Virus record (IMG/VR): IMGVR_UViG_3300033076_000324
Coordinates: 1-49,103 of that record
DNA from: a virus
Taxonomy: Duplodnaviria; Caudoviricetes
DNA length: 49,103 nt
Reading direction: 5' to 3' (one strand)
Each line of letters begins with the position of its first letter. The stretch's first letter is position 1. Made by a program: the position numbers and the translations under genes. Below are positions 16,676 through 25,143 of this stretch, piece after piece. The notes under the pieces are model-generated. The model was not told the DNA's origin. It worked only from the letters and a program-made list of their open reading frames with translations, and searched no databases.

Positions 16676-18218
16676 TTTCGAGATTATCCAATGCTGATGT
16701 GTCTAATTGTATACTATCATCCTGGGTGTCTGCAACCTCAGGTTCTTCAAAATCAAACAAAGCGTTAAATTGAGTCCGGGCATTTAGAGTTTTCTTGCCC
16801 TTGAATCCACGAGTACCAACAATTTGCATCCAATATGAACTATAGCTTTCGATAATAGCTTCAGCTGATGCTCGATCTGGTGCTGCAAAGATTTCTTCTA
16901 CAATGTCTTCGAAGTATTCATAATTGCCGCCGTCTCTGCGCATCATAGCAGGATGTTCACCTGCATCAAAACGTCGGTTGGCTTCTTGCACCGCAGTCAA
17001 ATGCATCCATACATTATGACCCATTAGTAGTGCGTAACTAAAACTATCCCACGAAGTTTTGCCTTCTTTGCCGATCTTGTTTAGATCGCCAGGCTTGTAG
17101 ATACAAATATCCTTCATAGTTAACATTGAACTAATTGGACTATCTTGCCAGCGTGGGTAGATGCCGTCTGTAACTACACCTTGTGCCCAGGGTCGGGTGT
17201 CTGTTGCGTACTTTTTGTCGTCTGCTGATGGCGCCATTCTGTATGACCATTTGTCGTCGTTTGGAAAGACATTTTCGAAGTAGACCTGCCCATTCGCAGT
17301 CGCCAAAAACGGACTGGCACAATCAAAACTAATAGTAAAAGCAGGGTTAACATATTTTCTCACAGCTCGTTGAATAACAGTGAGCAATACTGCCCACTCT
17401 AATTTACTTGTGCCCAAGAAGTGCATCCAATCGTGTTTGCCTTCTTGCAACAAGTTATCATAACGTAATGCCACCAGACGCTTTAGCACCAAGTGAACAT
17501 CACACATGTTTTGTCCTCCCATGGACCAACCGTCAAAGTGTGTATCTGGATACTTCACAGGATCACAATACTCTTTCATGGTTTCGTACCATGCATCAGC
17601 TGATGTGTGATTGTCGCCTTGAAGCACGTTCAAGAAACGAGCGCCGCCATTCTTAACACCTTTACGATGTTTCATGAAGTAATCGTTGTTGAACTTGGTT
17701 GCGTCAACTGCTTCTTGTAGCGTGGTAATTTGACATGCTGCTGATGCCTTTTTGTCGTGGATAACCCAAGTTGGAATATCCAAGATCATGCCGTAATCAG
17801 CAACATTATCTAACCACCCCAATATAAGTTCTCTCTTTTTCTGAGCCTTAGGGCAACCAGAGTTAGCCCTCCAGTCGCCTTCCCAAAGTCCTTTAGCAAT
17901 TTGGAACCCGCCCGAATCTCCCAGGATAAACGTGCCAGGCTCGCGGTTGCGGACCATGTCCTCGGACCAATCTTGTTTTGAAAGATCCAAGTTAGCATGT
18001 CCACCTGAATATAAGCTCCAACGATAGGGGAATAACGCTTTGGTGGAGTTGAGCCAGTTAAGCTGTTCCATATCTGTGATACCCTGAGGAAATCTTGCTG
18101 GATCGACATACTGTTCATTCCTTTGCTTGCCTATGAATGTGGCATAAAACCCAGAAATGGCTGGGAGAAAAACTGCATAGTCATTCTGTTTGGCTGTTAA
18201 GTTATCTTGTGTTTCCAC
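16662..18218 (-). CDS. dpdA: tRNA-guanine-transglycosylase-fold protein, DpdA-like (7-deazaguanine insertion into DNA)
   Basis: TGT motifs in order: GDSGGFQ, ILDIP, NVLQG, GWSMGG, WMHFLG, SFDCASP. No CxCxxC zinc site. Adjacent to que genes and replisome genes. Confidence 0.78.
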   Translation of the reverse strand: METQDNLTAKQNDYAVFLPAISGFYATFIGKQRNEQYVDPARFPQGITDMEQLNWLNSTKALFPYRWSLYSGGHANLDLSKQDWSEDMVRNREPGTFILGDSGGFQIAKGLWEGDWRANSGCPKAQKKRELILGWLDNVADYGMILDIPTWVIHDKKASAACQITTLQEAVDATKFNNDYFMKHRKGVKNGGARFLNVLQGDNHTSADAWYETMKEYCDPVKYPDTHFDGWSMGGQNMCDVHLVLKRLVALRYDNLLQEGKHDWMHFLGTSKLEWAVLLTVIQRAVRKYVNPAFTISFDCASPFLATANGQVYFENVFPNDDKWSYRMAPSADDKKYATDTRPWAQGVVTDGIYPRWQDSPISSMLTMKDICIYKPGDLNKIGKEGKTSWDSFSYALLMGHNVWMHLTAVQEANRRFDAGEHPAMMRRDGGNYEYFEDIVEEIFAAPDRASAEAIIESYSSYWMQIVGTRGFKGKKTLNARTQFNALFDFEEPEVADTQDDSIQLDTSALDNLENEQT

Positions 18219-18219
18219 G

Positions 18220-18948
18220 TTAGTTCCTTGGCTGAAAATATTTAAAATCAGCTTGTTCGATCATTTTGTAATCCTGACGATAGTAACGCTCTAATGCGTT
18301 TCTTAGGTAAGGATATTTTTGTATACGTTCTTTTAAAAATTCGCAAATAATTTTAACCTGTTGGTTATCTGCACCGAGATTGCGATCGGGTTGGTCCGGG
18401 AGAGTCAAGTTCATGTCTCTAAAATTATAGAGAAAAGTTGATTCAAACGAATCATCTAAATAAAACCAAGTATATGAATCACTTTGAAAGTGGTTAACGA
18501 ACCAGGATTGATCTTGGGTGTGGTCATCAAACGCAACCTGGTCAAACAACAATCTCTCTGTAAACTCGTTGTAGTTCTTAATAAACTCTTCGCCGGTTAA
18601 TACAGGACCTTCGTAGTTGAGTTTGCCGGGGATATAATTGCCGTGATATCCCTGGTCCCATTTTGTTCGATCAAACCAATGACTATACAGAATATAACTA
18701 CTAAAATACTGAGCGATACCTGCAATCCAACGCTCCACTGGGTCTCGCAAAACCACAATCAATTCATTGATATGCTGGTTAGGGCAATGTTCCAACTGAC
18801 CTTGTGTCCAGCCATTGTGGCTAAGAACATGACTCACCCAGCTACTGGCATTTTTTGGAATCATGCAGTAAAAACTTAAATGATCATCGGTAGCCGGATG
18901 CCAAAACCCGCCGTGATCAAAATCTTGTAGCCGGGGAAGTAGACTCAT
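18220..18948 (-). CDS. Sulfotransferase family 2-like protein
   Basis: IPKNASS (5'-PSB), VLRDPVERWIAG (3'-PB), DHTQDQ and C-terminal YYRQDY. Confidence 0.7.
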   Translation of the reverse strand: MSLLPRLQDFDHGGFWHPATDDHLSFYCMIPKNASSWVSHVLSHNGWTQGQLEHCPNQHINELIVVLRDPVERWIAGIAQYFSSYILYSHWFDRTKWDQGYHGNYIPGKLNYEGPVLTGEEFIKNYNEFTERLLFDQVAFDDHTQDQSWFVNHFQSDSYTWFYLDDSFESTFLYNFRDMNLTLPDQPDRNLGADNQQVKIICEFLKERIQKYPYLRNALERYYRQDYKMIEQADFKYFQPRN

Positions 18949-19670
18949 TATTTGCTTTGTGCTGGAAGAATAAAGTTATATGTAGCAATACCAGAATTAA
19001 CTGTGATCATTGCTGCACCGTCGTCACTAATCTTCATAATTTTGTCACCTGTTAGTCCTAGGATAGAAATAACAGTACTAATAGGCCACGACCAAGCACG
19101 TTTGAGTTGACCTTTGACGCCGGTTTCAAACACAAAGTTGCCAGAGTGAGTAGAATGATCACCGAACATAAACTTCAGGTCACCGTTTTCTGTTTTTGCC
19201 TGGAACACAGTTTCTTCTGCGTTGGCCTGTGCTTGCATCTTCAATCTCATGATTGCAGCAGCACTAGGTTCAAATTCAATGTGCCAGTTAACACCTTTAA
19301 ATTTAACAGTTTGCAACTTGCCATTGATAACAGATTCGCTCATTAGACGATAGCTATTCTTAAAGTCGCCTGTTGCGTTTTCAAAGTTGATAGACTCTGG
19401 GGAACCGTCGGCTTTTCTAGCAATAGACAGCTTGGCATTGTCCTTGTATTCTTGCAAGTTCAATAACACTTTGAGTTTGCTCAAGTTAGGCATGCCCACA
19501 GTACCGATTAACTCAGCAACTGGTCCAGCAAATTGTCCTTCGATTACAACACTACGGTCTTCTGCAAGTCCAGAAATAGCAGTAGTACTATCGTCGCCGA
19601 CAATTTTTACTAGGTCAATGCAGCCTAGGTCGTATGTGTGACTTACTAAGTCAAGTAGATGATCTCTCAT
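18948..19670 (-). CDS. Putative DNA polymerase sliding clamp (gp45-like)
   Basis: 240 aa with a two-domain beta-rich pattern (NLSKLKVLL, MKISDDGAAMITV, TYNFILPA), close to polB. The call rests on size, pattern and context. Confidence 0.65.
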   Translation of the reverse strand: MRDHLLDLVSHTYDLGCIDLVKIVGDDSTTAISGLAEDRSVVIEGQFAGPVAELIGTVGMPNLSKLKVLLNLQEYKDNAKLSIARKADGSPESINFENATGDFKNSYRLMSESVINGKLQTVKFKGVNWHIEFEPSAAAIMRLKMQAQANAEETVFQAKTENGDLKFMFGDHSTHSGNFVFETGVKGQLKRAWSWPISTVISILGLTGDKIMKISDDGAAMITVNSGIATYNFILPAQSK

Positions 19671-19687
19671 ATTTTCTCCTATGTGAT

Positions 19688-19716
19688 ATTGTAACAGATC
19701 TATTTAGATTTTTCAA
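19688..19716 (-). promoter_or_regulatory. Sigma70-type promoter for the clamp gene with a TAAATA inside the spacer
   Basis: TTGAAA-17-TACAAT with a TG extension, TAAATA at 19701-19706, and SD AGGAGA downstream. Confidence 0.65.
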
Positions 19717-19725
19717 GTGGGTAAG

Positions 19726-20679
19726 TTAATTTTTTGGTGGTAAATGGACAACCTTAGCTAATGCTTGTCCACCACGTAGAGTTGTTAATGTTCCTGGTTT
19801 TTCGAGTTCTAACCAAGTGGTAGGAACATTGTCGTTCCAGATAAAGTAAATTTCGTATCCAATGCGTTGTGCTGCGGCTTTTACTAATCGACCCGGTGTA
19901 TAGCAAGCATAATAATTTTCTGCTAGTCTTACAGCCTTTTCGTTATCGCAGTCATTGAATGTCATCATTATTCGACCACCGGGTTTGAGTTTGGCAAATA
20001 CTTCTTCTAACCAACGTTCGATTACTGCCATTGGCTTAAACTCAAAAAAGTTATAGGCCAAACACATAGCAAACTGATTGTCCGGTAACCTTTGCAGAAT
20101 AGGAATATCCAGATCTCGTTCATTAACAATTACCGGTCGCAAGCGTCGTTGATACTGCTCGGGAAACTCTAGGGTACACGGAAACAGCATATCGTTACTT
20201 TGATCAATAAGGTACAAAGGATCAAAACTAACCATGTGTTGAATATATGTTTCTAGACCCGGGCGGATAATCATTGCTGGGTGCAAACTATTACTGAAGT
20301 TTTTAATCCTGGTGCGAATGATATTATCGTGTTCGTCTGTTAACTTGGCTCGACGGTTGAGAATATGTTCAATAGTATCATTAACCATTTCCTGACTATA
20401 GAGCCTGTGAGTTTCGGTTAGCCAATACTGTTCCTTGATATCAATTTCTGCTTGTGCTTCTGCCTTGGCTTGATCTATCAGTTTAGTAAAATCGTCGAAA
20501 CATTGATGTATAGCATCGTGTTTGAGTTGCATCTGCTGACAAATGTTGTTAGGGTCAAACTCTTTGCTGCTAACCAAGTGCTTGATACTAGACAAGTCAA
20601 TATCAGTCTTGTTCTTGGCTTCGTCAAAATGCAGCCTGTTTAATTGATTACGGTAAGCAACAAGTTCGCTGAGTTTCAT
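19726..20679 (-). CDS. Coiled-coil protein with a degenerate class I SAM-methyltransferase-like domain
   Basis: C-terminal LPDNQFAMCLAYNFF...VFAKLKPGGRIMMT; motif I is degenerate (IIRPG). Confidence 0.55.
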   Translation of the reverse strand: MKLSELVAYRNQLNRLHFDEAKNKTDIDLSSIKHLVSSKEFDPNNICQQMQLKHDAIHQCFDDFTKLIDQAKAEAQAEIDIKEQYWLTETHRLYSQEMVNDTIEHILNRRAKLTDEHDNIIRTRIKNFSNSLHPAMIIRPGLETYIQHMVSFDPLYLIDQSNDMLFPCTLEFPEQYQRRLRPVIVNERDLDIPILQRLPDNQFAMCLAYNFFEFKPMAVIERWLEEVFAKLKPGGRIMMTFNDCDNEKAVRLAENYYACYTPGRLVKAAAQRIGYEIYFIWNDNVPTTWLELEKPGTLTTLRGGQALAKVVHLPPKN

Positions 20680-23339
20680 GAAAAGTCAAATAATGAAGTA
20701 AAGGTATTTTCTGTGTTAGTAGCACCTGCTAGATCCCAATCTAGCACGCCTAACAGGTTGTCAACTTTGCCGTCGATAACAGTGGCTTCCATTGCAGAGT
20801 CATCAAACGGTAGTTCTTTGAACCATTGCGGCAAATGCATTTCGTCTGTGGGATAACCAATTGAAGTCCATCCCAGTGGGTTGTCTTTGAGTTTGCAAAC
20901 AATGGTTTTCATACCATCTACTACCTGCATCGAATAGTTGTCAGAATTCATTCGACGCAGAGTATTCCAGTTTAGAGCAGCACGAACATGTCCGGGCATA
21001 TTGGCTTTGCCTAGTCGTTTTTCTTCTGCGCCGTACTTGGTTAAGTTGTTGACACGCTTGGGGCTACCTTTTTCCCAACCTGGACGTTCTTTGAATTGAT
21101 ACTTAAAGTTTCGAATCTTTTCTACAACTTCGTCGCGGGTTACATCAGTTAGTACATCGTGTAACAGGTCGCTCAAGAAGTCTTGAATAACTTTGGGAGT
21201 ATCTGAACGCTTTAAGTCCAAGCCCATGGCTTTTACTTTACCTGGCTTGCCGTCTGTGTCAACACGCTTGCCTTCCTTGTCGATGATCATTACAGCATAA
21301 CGCTTCTTGGTAATGAACAAGCCTTTGCTTGCTACTACTTCACGACCGCCTTTGATCACTGCGCCCATTTCTCTTGGACAATGGAAGGCCTGCTCCATAA
21401 AGCCTGGAAAACTAAGGTTAACTTGTTCTGCAATTGAGTCATATAGCTGGATGGCAATTTCTTTACTCCACGCCATGCGCCCTTCTTCCACTTCCTTTTG
21501 GAGAACTGGCCAGGCCGAGAAATAGCACGAATCGGTATCACCGTAGATGATCGTGTCACCAACATGATCATATTTGCCGGTAATGCATTCGTTGACATAC
21601 GCATCCATGTGCTTCGCGATACTGCGCCCAGTAAGAGTGGTTGATTGGCCAATACGCTTGTCAAAGAATCTACAGCCCGGGTTAAGGATGGCGCCATAAA
21701 GTGAGTTAAGGTTAATTTTCTTAACCAGTTGTCGTTTGTCCCAGTATTCTTCATCTTCTTTGGTCTCGCATTGCTTGAGTTTGGCCTGCATCTCTTTACG
21801 TTCGGCATACCAACGTTTCAACAAACCAGGAATAACACCTTCACGTTCGTATGTAAAGATTGTGCCATTAGCACTCAACCCCCAAGGTTGATTTGAATCG
21901 AACACCATGTGCCAAACTTCTGCAGCCGAGTGAACTGTTTCTTCCCCGCCTTCCCACTCAATAGTGATTTCTGTGCCACGTTGTTGCTCCATTACAGCAG
22001 TATACTCTAATGTAGCAAACAAACCTTCCCAGGCTGCGGCAAAGCTCATCTTTTGCAATTCCATGCGCTCTTTGATGAGCCTGTTGGTCATTGTGGGTCT
22101 GAGTTGTCCAACAATTGTTTCGGGGCCCATGTTAAGAGCACGGATCGTTGACGGGTAGAGCGAGTTAATGTCAATGGACCCGATGTATTCGTGGATTCCT
22201 TTTTTGGGATAAGCAACATAGGCACCTGCGGCTTGTGTGTCTTCATCAGTGAGTCTTTCTTTACGGTTAGGAACTACCATGCCACGTTCGTGGGCTTCGT
22301 TGATAATAGCTTGCTCAGTCACAGCAACAGCGCCCATTGTGGTTTGGAGCAGCACTGTGTTTTCATGTGCAAGTGTATTTGCCAAGTCCAAGAACTTTAG
22401 TTTCTTGTCCAGGCGTGCCAACAACATTGTATCTTGTCGGTTGTAGTCAATAAACGTTTTGAAGTTTTGATTGTATAGTTGATCTAACGTACCTTCAAAC
22501 GCAACCTTGCGCTCGTCCAGTTCATATTCGCCAATGGCATCCAAGCTGTATGAGTGACGCTCTTCGTATGTGTATTTGCGATACAGTTGCATATAGTCCA
22601 TATGCACACGACCCACTAAGTCAAATGTCAGTTGCTCTGCACCAAAGCGTTCAAACATACGTTGCTTGGGCAGTTGTCCCCACAAACAGAATCTGCGTGT
22701 GTCGTCTTTGCTCAACACACGAGTGATACGCATAACAGTATAAGGAATATCGAAACCTTCTGAGTTCCAACCTGACAGTGCATCGGCATCATCGATTAGA
22801 TCCAAGAATGTTTTCAGCATGTCCTCTTCGCGTTCGAACAACAAGCAGTTTTCAAACTCTGCGGCAATTTCTTGAGCAGTTTCCATGCTCATGTGTTTGG
22901 GAGGAATGGCCAAGGTGACCATTTGCTCTAACCAGTCTAAGTAAACTGAAATAGCAGTGATTTTGTTAAACGGATCTTCGGGTCGACTATAACCCTTTTC
23001 AGGATCAAAGTCGACCTCAATGTCGAAAAACGCTGTGTGTAGCTTGGGAGCGTCTGCACCCTTGTAATTGTCTTCAAGACATCTAAAGATGGGATTGATG
23101 TCGCTTTCATAAAGTTGCTTACCGCTTTGAATGCGAATTTCCTTGCGGAATTCTTTATTGTTGCGGCTACTGAAGCGTGAGACCGGCGTACCGTAAATCG
23201 ACTGGAACTTCCCTCGTGGATCATCATAGTAAAAAACATAGTTTGCTGGAAACTCTTTGTAGATGCGCTTGCCATCTACACGTTCCACAACATGAATGCG
23301 ATCGTGTTCTCGATCAAAAAGACTGTCTACGTAACTCAT
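20676..23339 (-). CDS. Family B DNA polymerase (gp43-like)
   Basis: Exonuclease motifs FFDIEVD, GWNSEGFDIPY and YNRQD; polymerase motifs DINSLYPS, KINLNSLYG, YGDTDS and KKRY. No intein seen. Confidence 0.97.
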   Translation of the reverse strand: MSYVDSLFDREHDRIHVVERVDGKRIYKEFPANYVFYYDDPRGKFQSIYGTPVSRFSSRNNKEFRKEIRIQSGKQLYESDINPIFRCLEDNYKGADAPKLHTAFFDIEVDFDPEKGYSRPEDPFNKITAISVYLDWLEQMVTLAIPPKHMSMETAQEIAAEFENCLLFEREEDMLKTFLDLIDDADALSGWNSEGFDIPYTVMRITRVLSKDDTRRFCLWGQLPKQRMFERFGAEQLTFDLVGRVHMDYMQLYRKYTYEERHSYSLDAIGEYELDERKVAFEGTLDQLYNQNFKTFIDYNRQDTMLLARLDKKLKFLDLANTLAHENTVLLQTTMGAVAVTEQAIINEAHERGMVVPNRKERLTDEDTQAAGAYVAYPKKGIHEYIGSIDINSLYPSTIRALNMGPETIVGQLRPTMTNRLIKERMELQKMSFAAAWEGLFATLEYTAVMEQQRGTEITIEWEGGEETVHSAAEVWHMVFDSNQPWGLSANGTIFTYEREGVIPGLLKRWYAERKEMQAKLKQCETKEDEEYWDKRQLVKKINLNSLYGAILNPGCRFFDKRIGQSTTLTGRSIAKHMDAYVNECITGKYDHVGDTIIYGDTDSCYFSAWPVLQKEVEEGRMAWSKEIAIQLYDSIAEQVNLSFPGFMEQAFHCPREMGAVIKGGREVVASKGLFITKKRYAVMIIDKEGKRVDTDGKPGKVKAMGLDLKRSDTPKVIQDFLSDLLHDVLTDVTRDEVVEKIRNFKYQFKERPGWEKGSPKRVNNLTKYGAEEKRLGKANMPGHVRAALNWNTLRRMNSDNYSMQVVDGMKTIVCKLKDNPLGWTSIGYPTDEMHLPQWFKELPFDDSAMEATVIDGKVDNLLGVLDWDLAGATNTENTFTSLFDFS

Positions 23340-23383
23340 TGACCCTTGCCCTGGGTCTTTTCAAACCAATTTTTATTACTCAT
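23336..23383 (-). CDS. 15-aa leader ORF translationally coupled to polB
   Basis: MSNKNWFEKTQGKGQ*, preceded by SD AGGAGA (23388-23393). Its TGA overlaps the polB ATG (ATGA). Confidence 0.5.
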   Translation of the reverse strand: MSNKNWFEKTQGKGQ

Positions 23384-23394
23384 ATTTTCTCCTA

Positions 23395-23412
23395 TGTCAT
23401 TTATAGCTGACA
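23395..23412 (-). promoter_or_regulatory. Hairpin immediately 5' of the SD of the polB leader ORF (candidate translational operator)
   Basis: UGUCA-GCUAUAAA-UGACA: a 5-bp stem with an 8-nt loop, directly followed by UAGGAGA. Confidence 0.4.
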
Positions 23413-23429
23413 AATACTCTTCATGTCCG

Positions 23430-24101
23430 TTATGTGGACGATTCATTGATATTTGGCATAGCCCTATATGCCAATACATCTTTGTAATTTGTTAGCCAGC
23501 TGCATTGATCCCAAGTGAGATTTTCAATTTCGTGGAATTTCAACGACTGACTAACAAGTCCGTGTAACATAACATCTTGTTCGTAGAAATATGTCAACGT
23601 TCCGGTGAGATCTTGGCTATCACGAATCTCACTAATTTTTGCAAGTAACTTACTATCAGCCTTGTCTTTAACATTTAATCTAGGAATGTCACTTTCGAGA
23701 ATGTTAATACCATAGCTTTCTAGCAGTTTTATAATAAGTTGATTACCTGATACTTTGTGATTATCTAGTGGCAACCAATCTATTTTGTATCTGTATTCTC
23801 CTAGTGAATAACTTATTGGATAAGAATGAAGATCAAATACTGCGGTTCCTAGCAATGTAAGAAACTTATGATTGTCTACTAAATCATGCAACTCGTATTT
23901 TGCTATACATTCAGTGATTCCTTTTAAATGTCTAGTGTACGGGTGCAATAAATGTGCAAATACATGATCGGTTTCCCAGTTAATCAAATCAAAGGGTGTA
24001 CGTTCCCACTTTAACTTATTTTCAAAGAGCTCAGTATAGCTGGTGCTAGCATGCTTTGTAAACGGTATGTAAACTAAATTGTTGTATCTGTATGCTAGCA
24101 T
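23430..24101 (-). CDS. Degenerate sulfotransferase-like protein
   Basis: YIPFTKHASTS, LHPYTRHLKG, FDLHS and FYEQD parallel the motifs of the 18220 protein. Confidence 0.55.
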   Translation of the reverse strand: MLAYRYNNLVYIPFTKHASTSYTELFENKLKWERTPFDLINWETDHVFAHLLHPYTRHLKGITECIAKYELHDLVDNHKFLTLLGTAVFDLHSYPISYSLGEYRYKIDWLPLDNHKVSGNQLIIKLLESYGINILESDIPRLNVKDKADSKLLAKISEIRDSQDLTGTLTYFYEQDVMLHGLVSQSLKFHEIENLTWDQCSWLTNYKDVLAYRAMPNINESST

Positions 24102-24129
24102 TATGTCCTATTCAACCTAAGCGGTGCAA

Positions 24130-24723
24130 TCATTGTTCACGTTTAGTTATCACTTGATCAATCAAGCCGTAATTTAATGCTTGCTCTGCTGACATGAATG
24201 TGTCTCGATCCATGTCCTTTTCGAACTCTTCATAGGTCTTGCCCCGGGAGTTGTGCTGAACATAAATCTCTGTTAGACGCTTTTTCAAGTAAGTGATTTC
24301 TTTGTAAGAGATTTCGATATCGCTTTGCATACCACGTGCGCCACCTGATGGTTGATGGATCATGTGACGTGCATTAGGCAACATCTTACGCTTGCCCGGT
24401 GCACCTGCTTGTGCCAACAGCGAGCCCATACTGCATGCCTGCCCCATAACAATGGTCTGCACATCCGGACGAATGAACTGCATGGTATCGTAAATTGCCA
24501 TACCAGCAGTTACAGAACCACCTGGCGAATTGATATACATGTAGATATCTTGTTCTGGATTTTCGCTTTCAAGGTACAGTAATTGGGCAACAATCAAGTT
24601 GGCCATTTGATCATGCACTTCGCCTTCTAGCAAAATAACACGATCACGCATCAAGCGACTATAGATATCGTAACTACGCTCACCTTTGCTGGTTTGTTCC
24701 AGCACCATTGGGACTAATGCCAT
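24130..24723 (-). CDS. clpP: ATP-dependent Clp protease proteolytic subunit
   Basis: LVPMVLE...[23 protein letters not shown] (Ser), MIHQP (His), DRD (Asp). Confidence 0.97.
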   Translation of the reverse strand: MALVPMVLEQTSKGERSYDIYSRLMRDRVILLEGEVHDQMANLIVAQLLYLESENPEQDIYMYINSPGGSVTAGMAIYDTMQFIRPDVQTIVMGQACSMGSLLAQAGAPGKRKMLPNARHMIHQPSGGARGMQSDIEISYKEITYLKKRLTEIYVQHNSRGKTYEEFEKDMDRDTFMSAEQALNYGLIDQVITKREQ

Positions 24724-24732
24724 TGCTTTTCC

Positions 24733-24993
24733 TTAGAGAGTTTTACCGACAGTTTCCAAAATTGTTTCCAGAGTTTCGTGGTCTTGCTTTTCCTTACCGA
24801 ACTCTGCTTTGTGTGCTAACTTGATCGCCTTTTTAAGGATAGCAGGTTTGACTTCCAGTTCTTCTGCCACTGCTTTGATAGTGTCATTGAGGCCGCCTTG
24901 TAGTGTATCGATTTCGTGCATTACTTGCATGCCCTCATTGATGATTTGGGTGAGTTTGATCTTTTGATCACCGTTGAATGTTTTGTTTGACAT
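24733..24993 (-). CDS. Small dsDNA-binding protein (T4 DsbA/GapR-like)
   Basis: 86 aa, helical, with KLTQIINEG...LNDTIKAVAEELEVKPAILKKAIKLAHK pattern. Confidence 0.65.
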   Translation of the reverse strand: MSNKTFNGDQKIKLTQIINEGMQVMHEIDTLQGGLNDTIKAVAEELEVKPAILKKAIKLAHKAEFGKEKQDHETLETILETVGKTL

Positions 24994-25000
24994 AAAGAAA

Positions 25001-25043
25001 TCTCCTAAAACGTTAGTATATACTAGGTTCCAGGAGAAGTCAA
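25001..25043 (-). promoter_or_regulatory. Sigma70 promoter embedded in an RBS-sequestering hairpin
   Basis: TTGACT-17-TATACT (25043-25015). On - strand RNA, UCUCCUGGAAC pairs with GUUUUAGGAGA (two G-U pairs) and hides the SD. Confidence 0.7.
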
Positions 25044-25052
25044 ATATTAGTT

Positions 25053-25141
25053 GCTCACTTTGGGAATCTACTAGGTAGCGAATCGTTCAATTTCCAGGCA
25101 GCAGCCGCCTACCCTCGTAACTAAGTTACGGTCCTAAGGGT
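25053..25141 (-). ncRNA. Candidate ~90-nt structured RNA (unassigned)
   Basis: Three adjacent stems and a crossing pairing fill the intergenic gap (details under findings). Confidence 0.45.
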
Positions 25142-25143
25142 GT

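Noticed and set aside
16662-18218. Canonical tRNA-modifying Tgt (queuosine pathway)
   Set aside because: It lacks the zinc-binding CxCxxC..H motif, no queA, queF or queG is present, and the context is replisome genes. A tRNA substrate is not formally excluded.
20676-23339. Intein or intron in the DNA polymerase
   Set aside because: All exonuclease and polymerase motifs occur in one 887-aa frame, with no intein C/S...HN ends or LAGLIDADG motifs.
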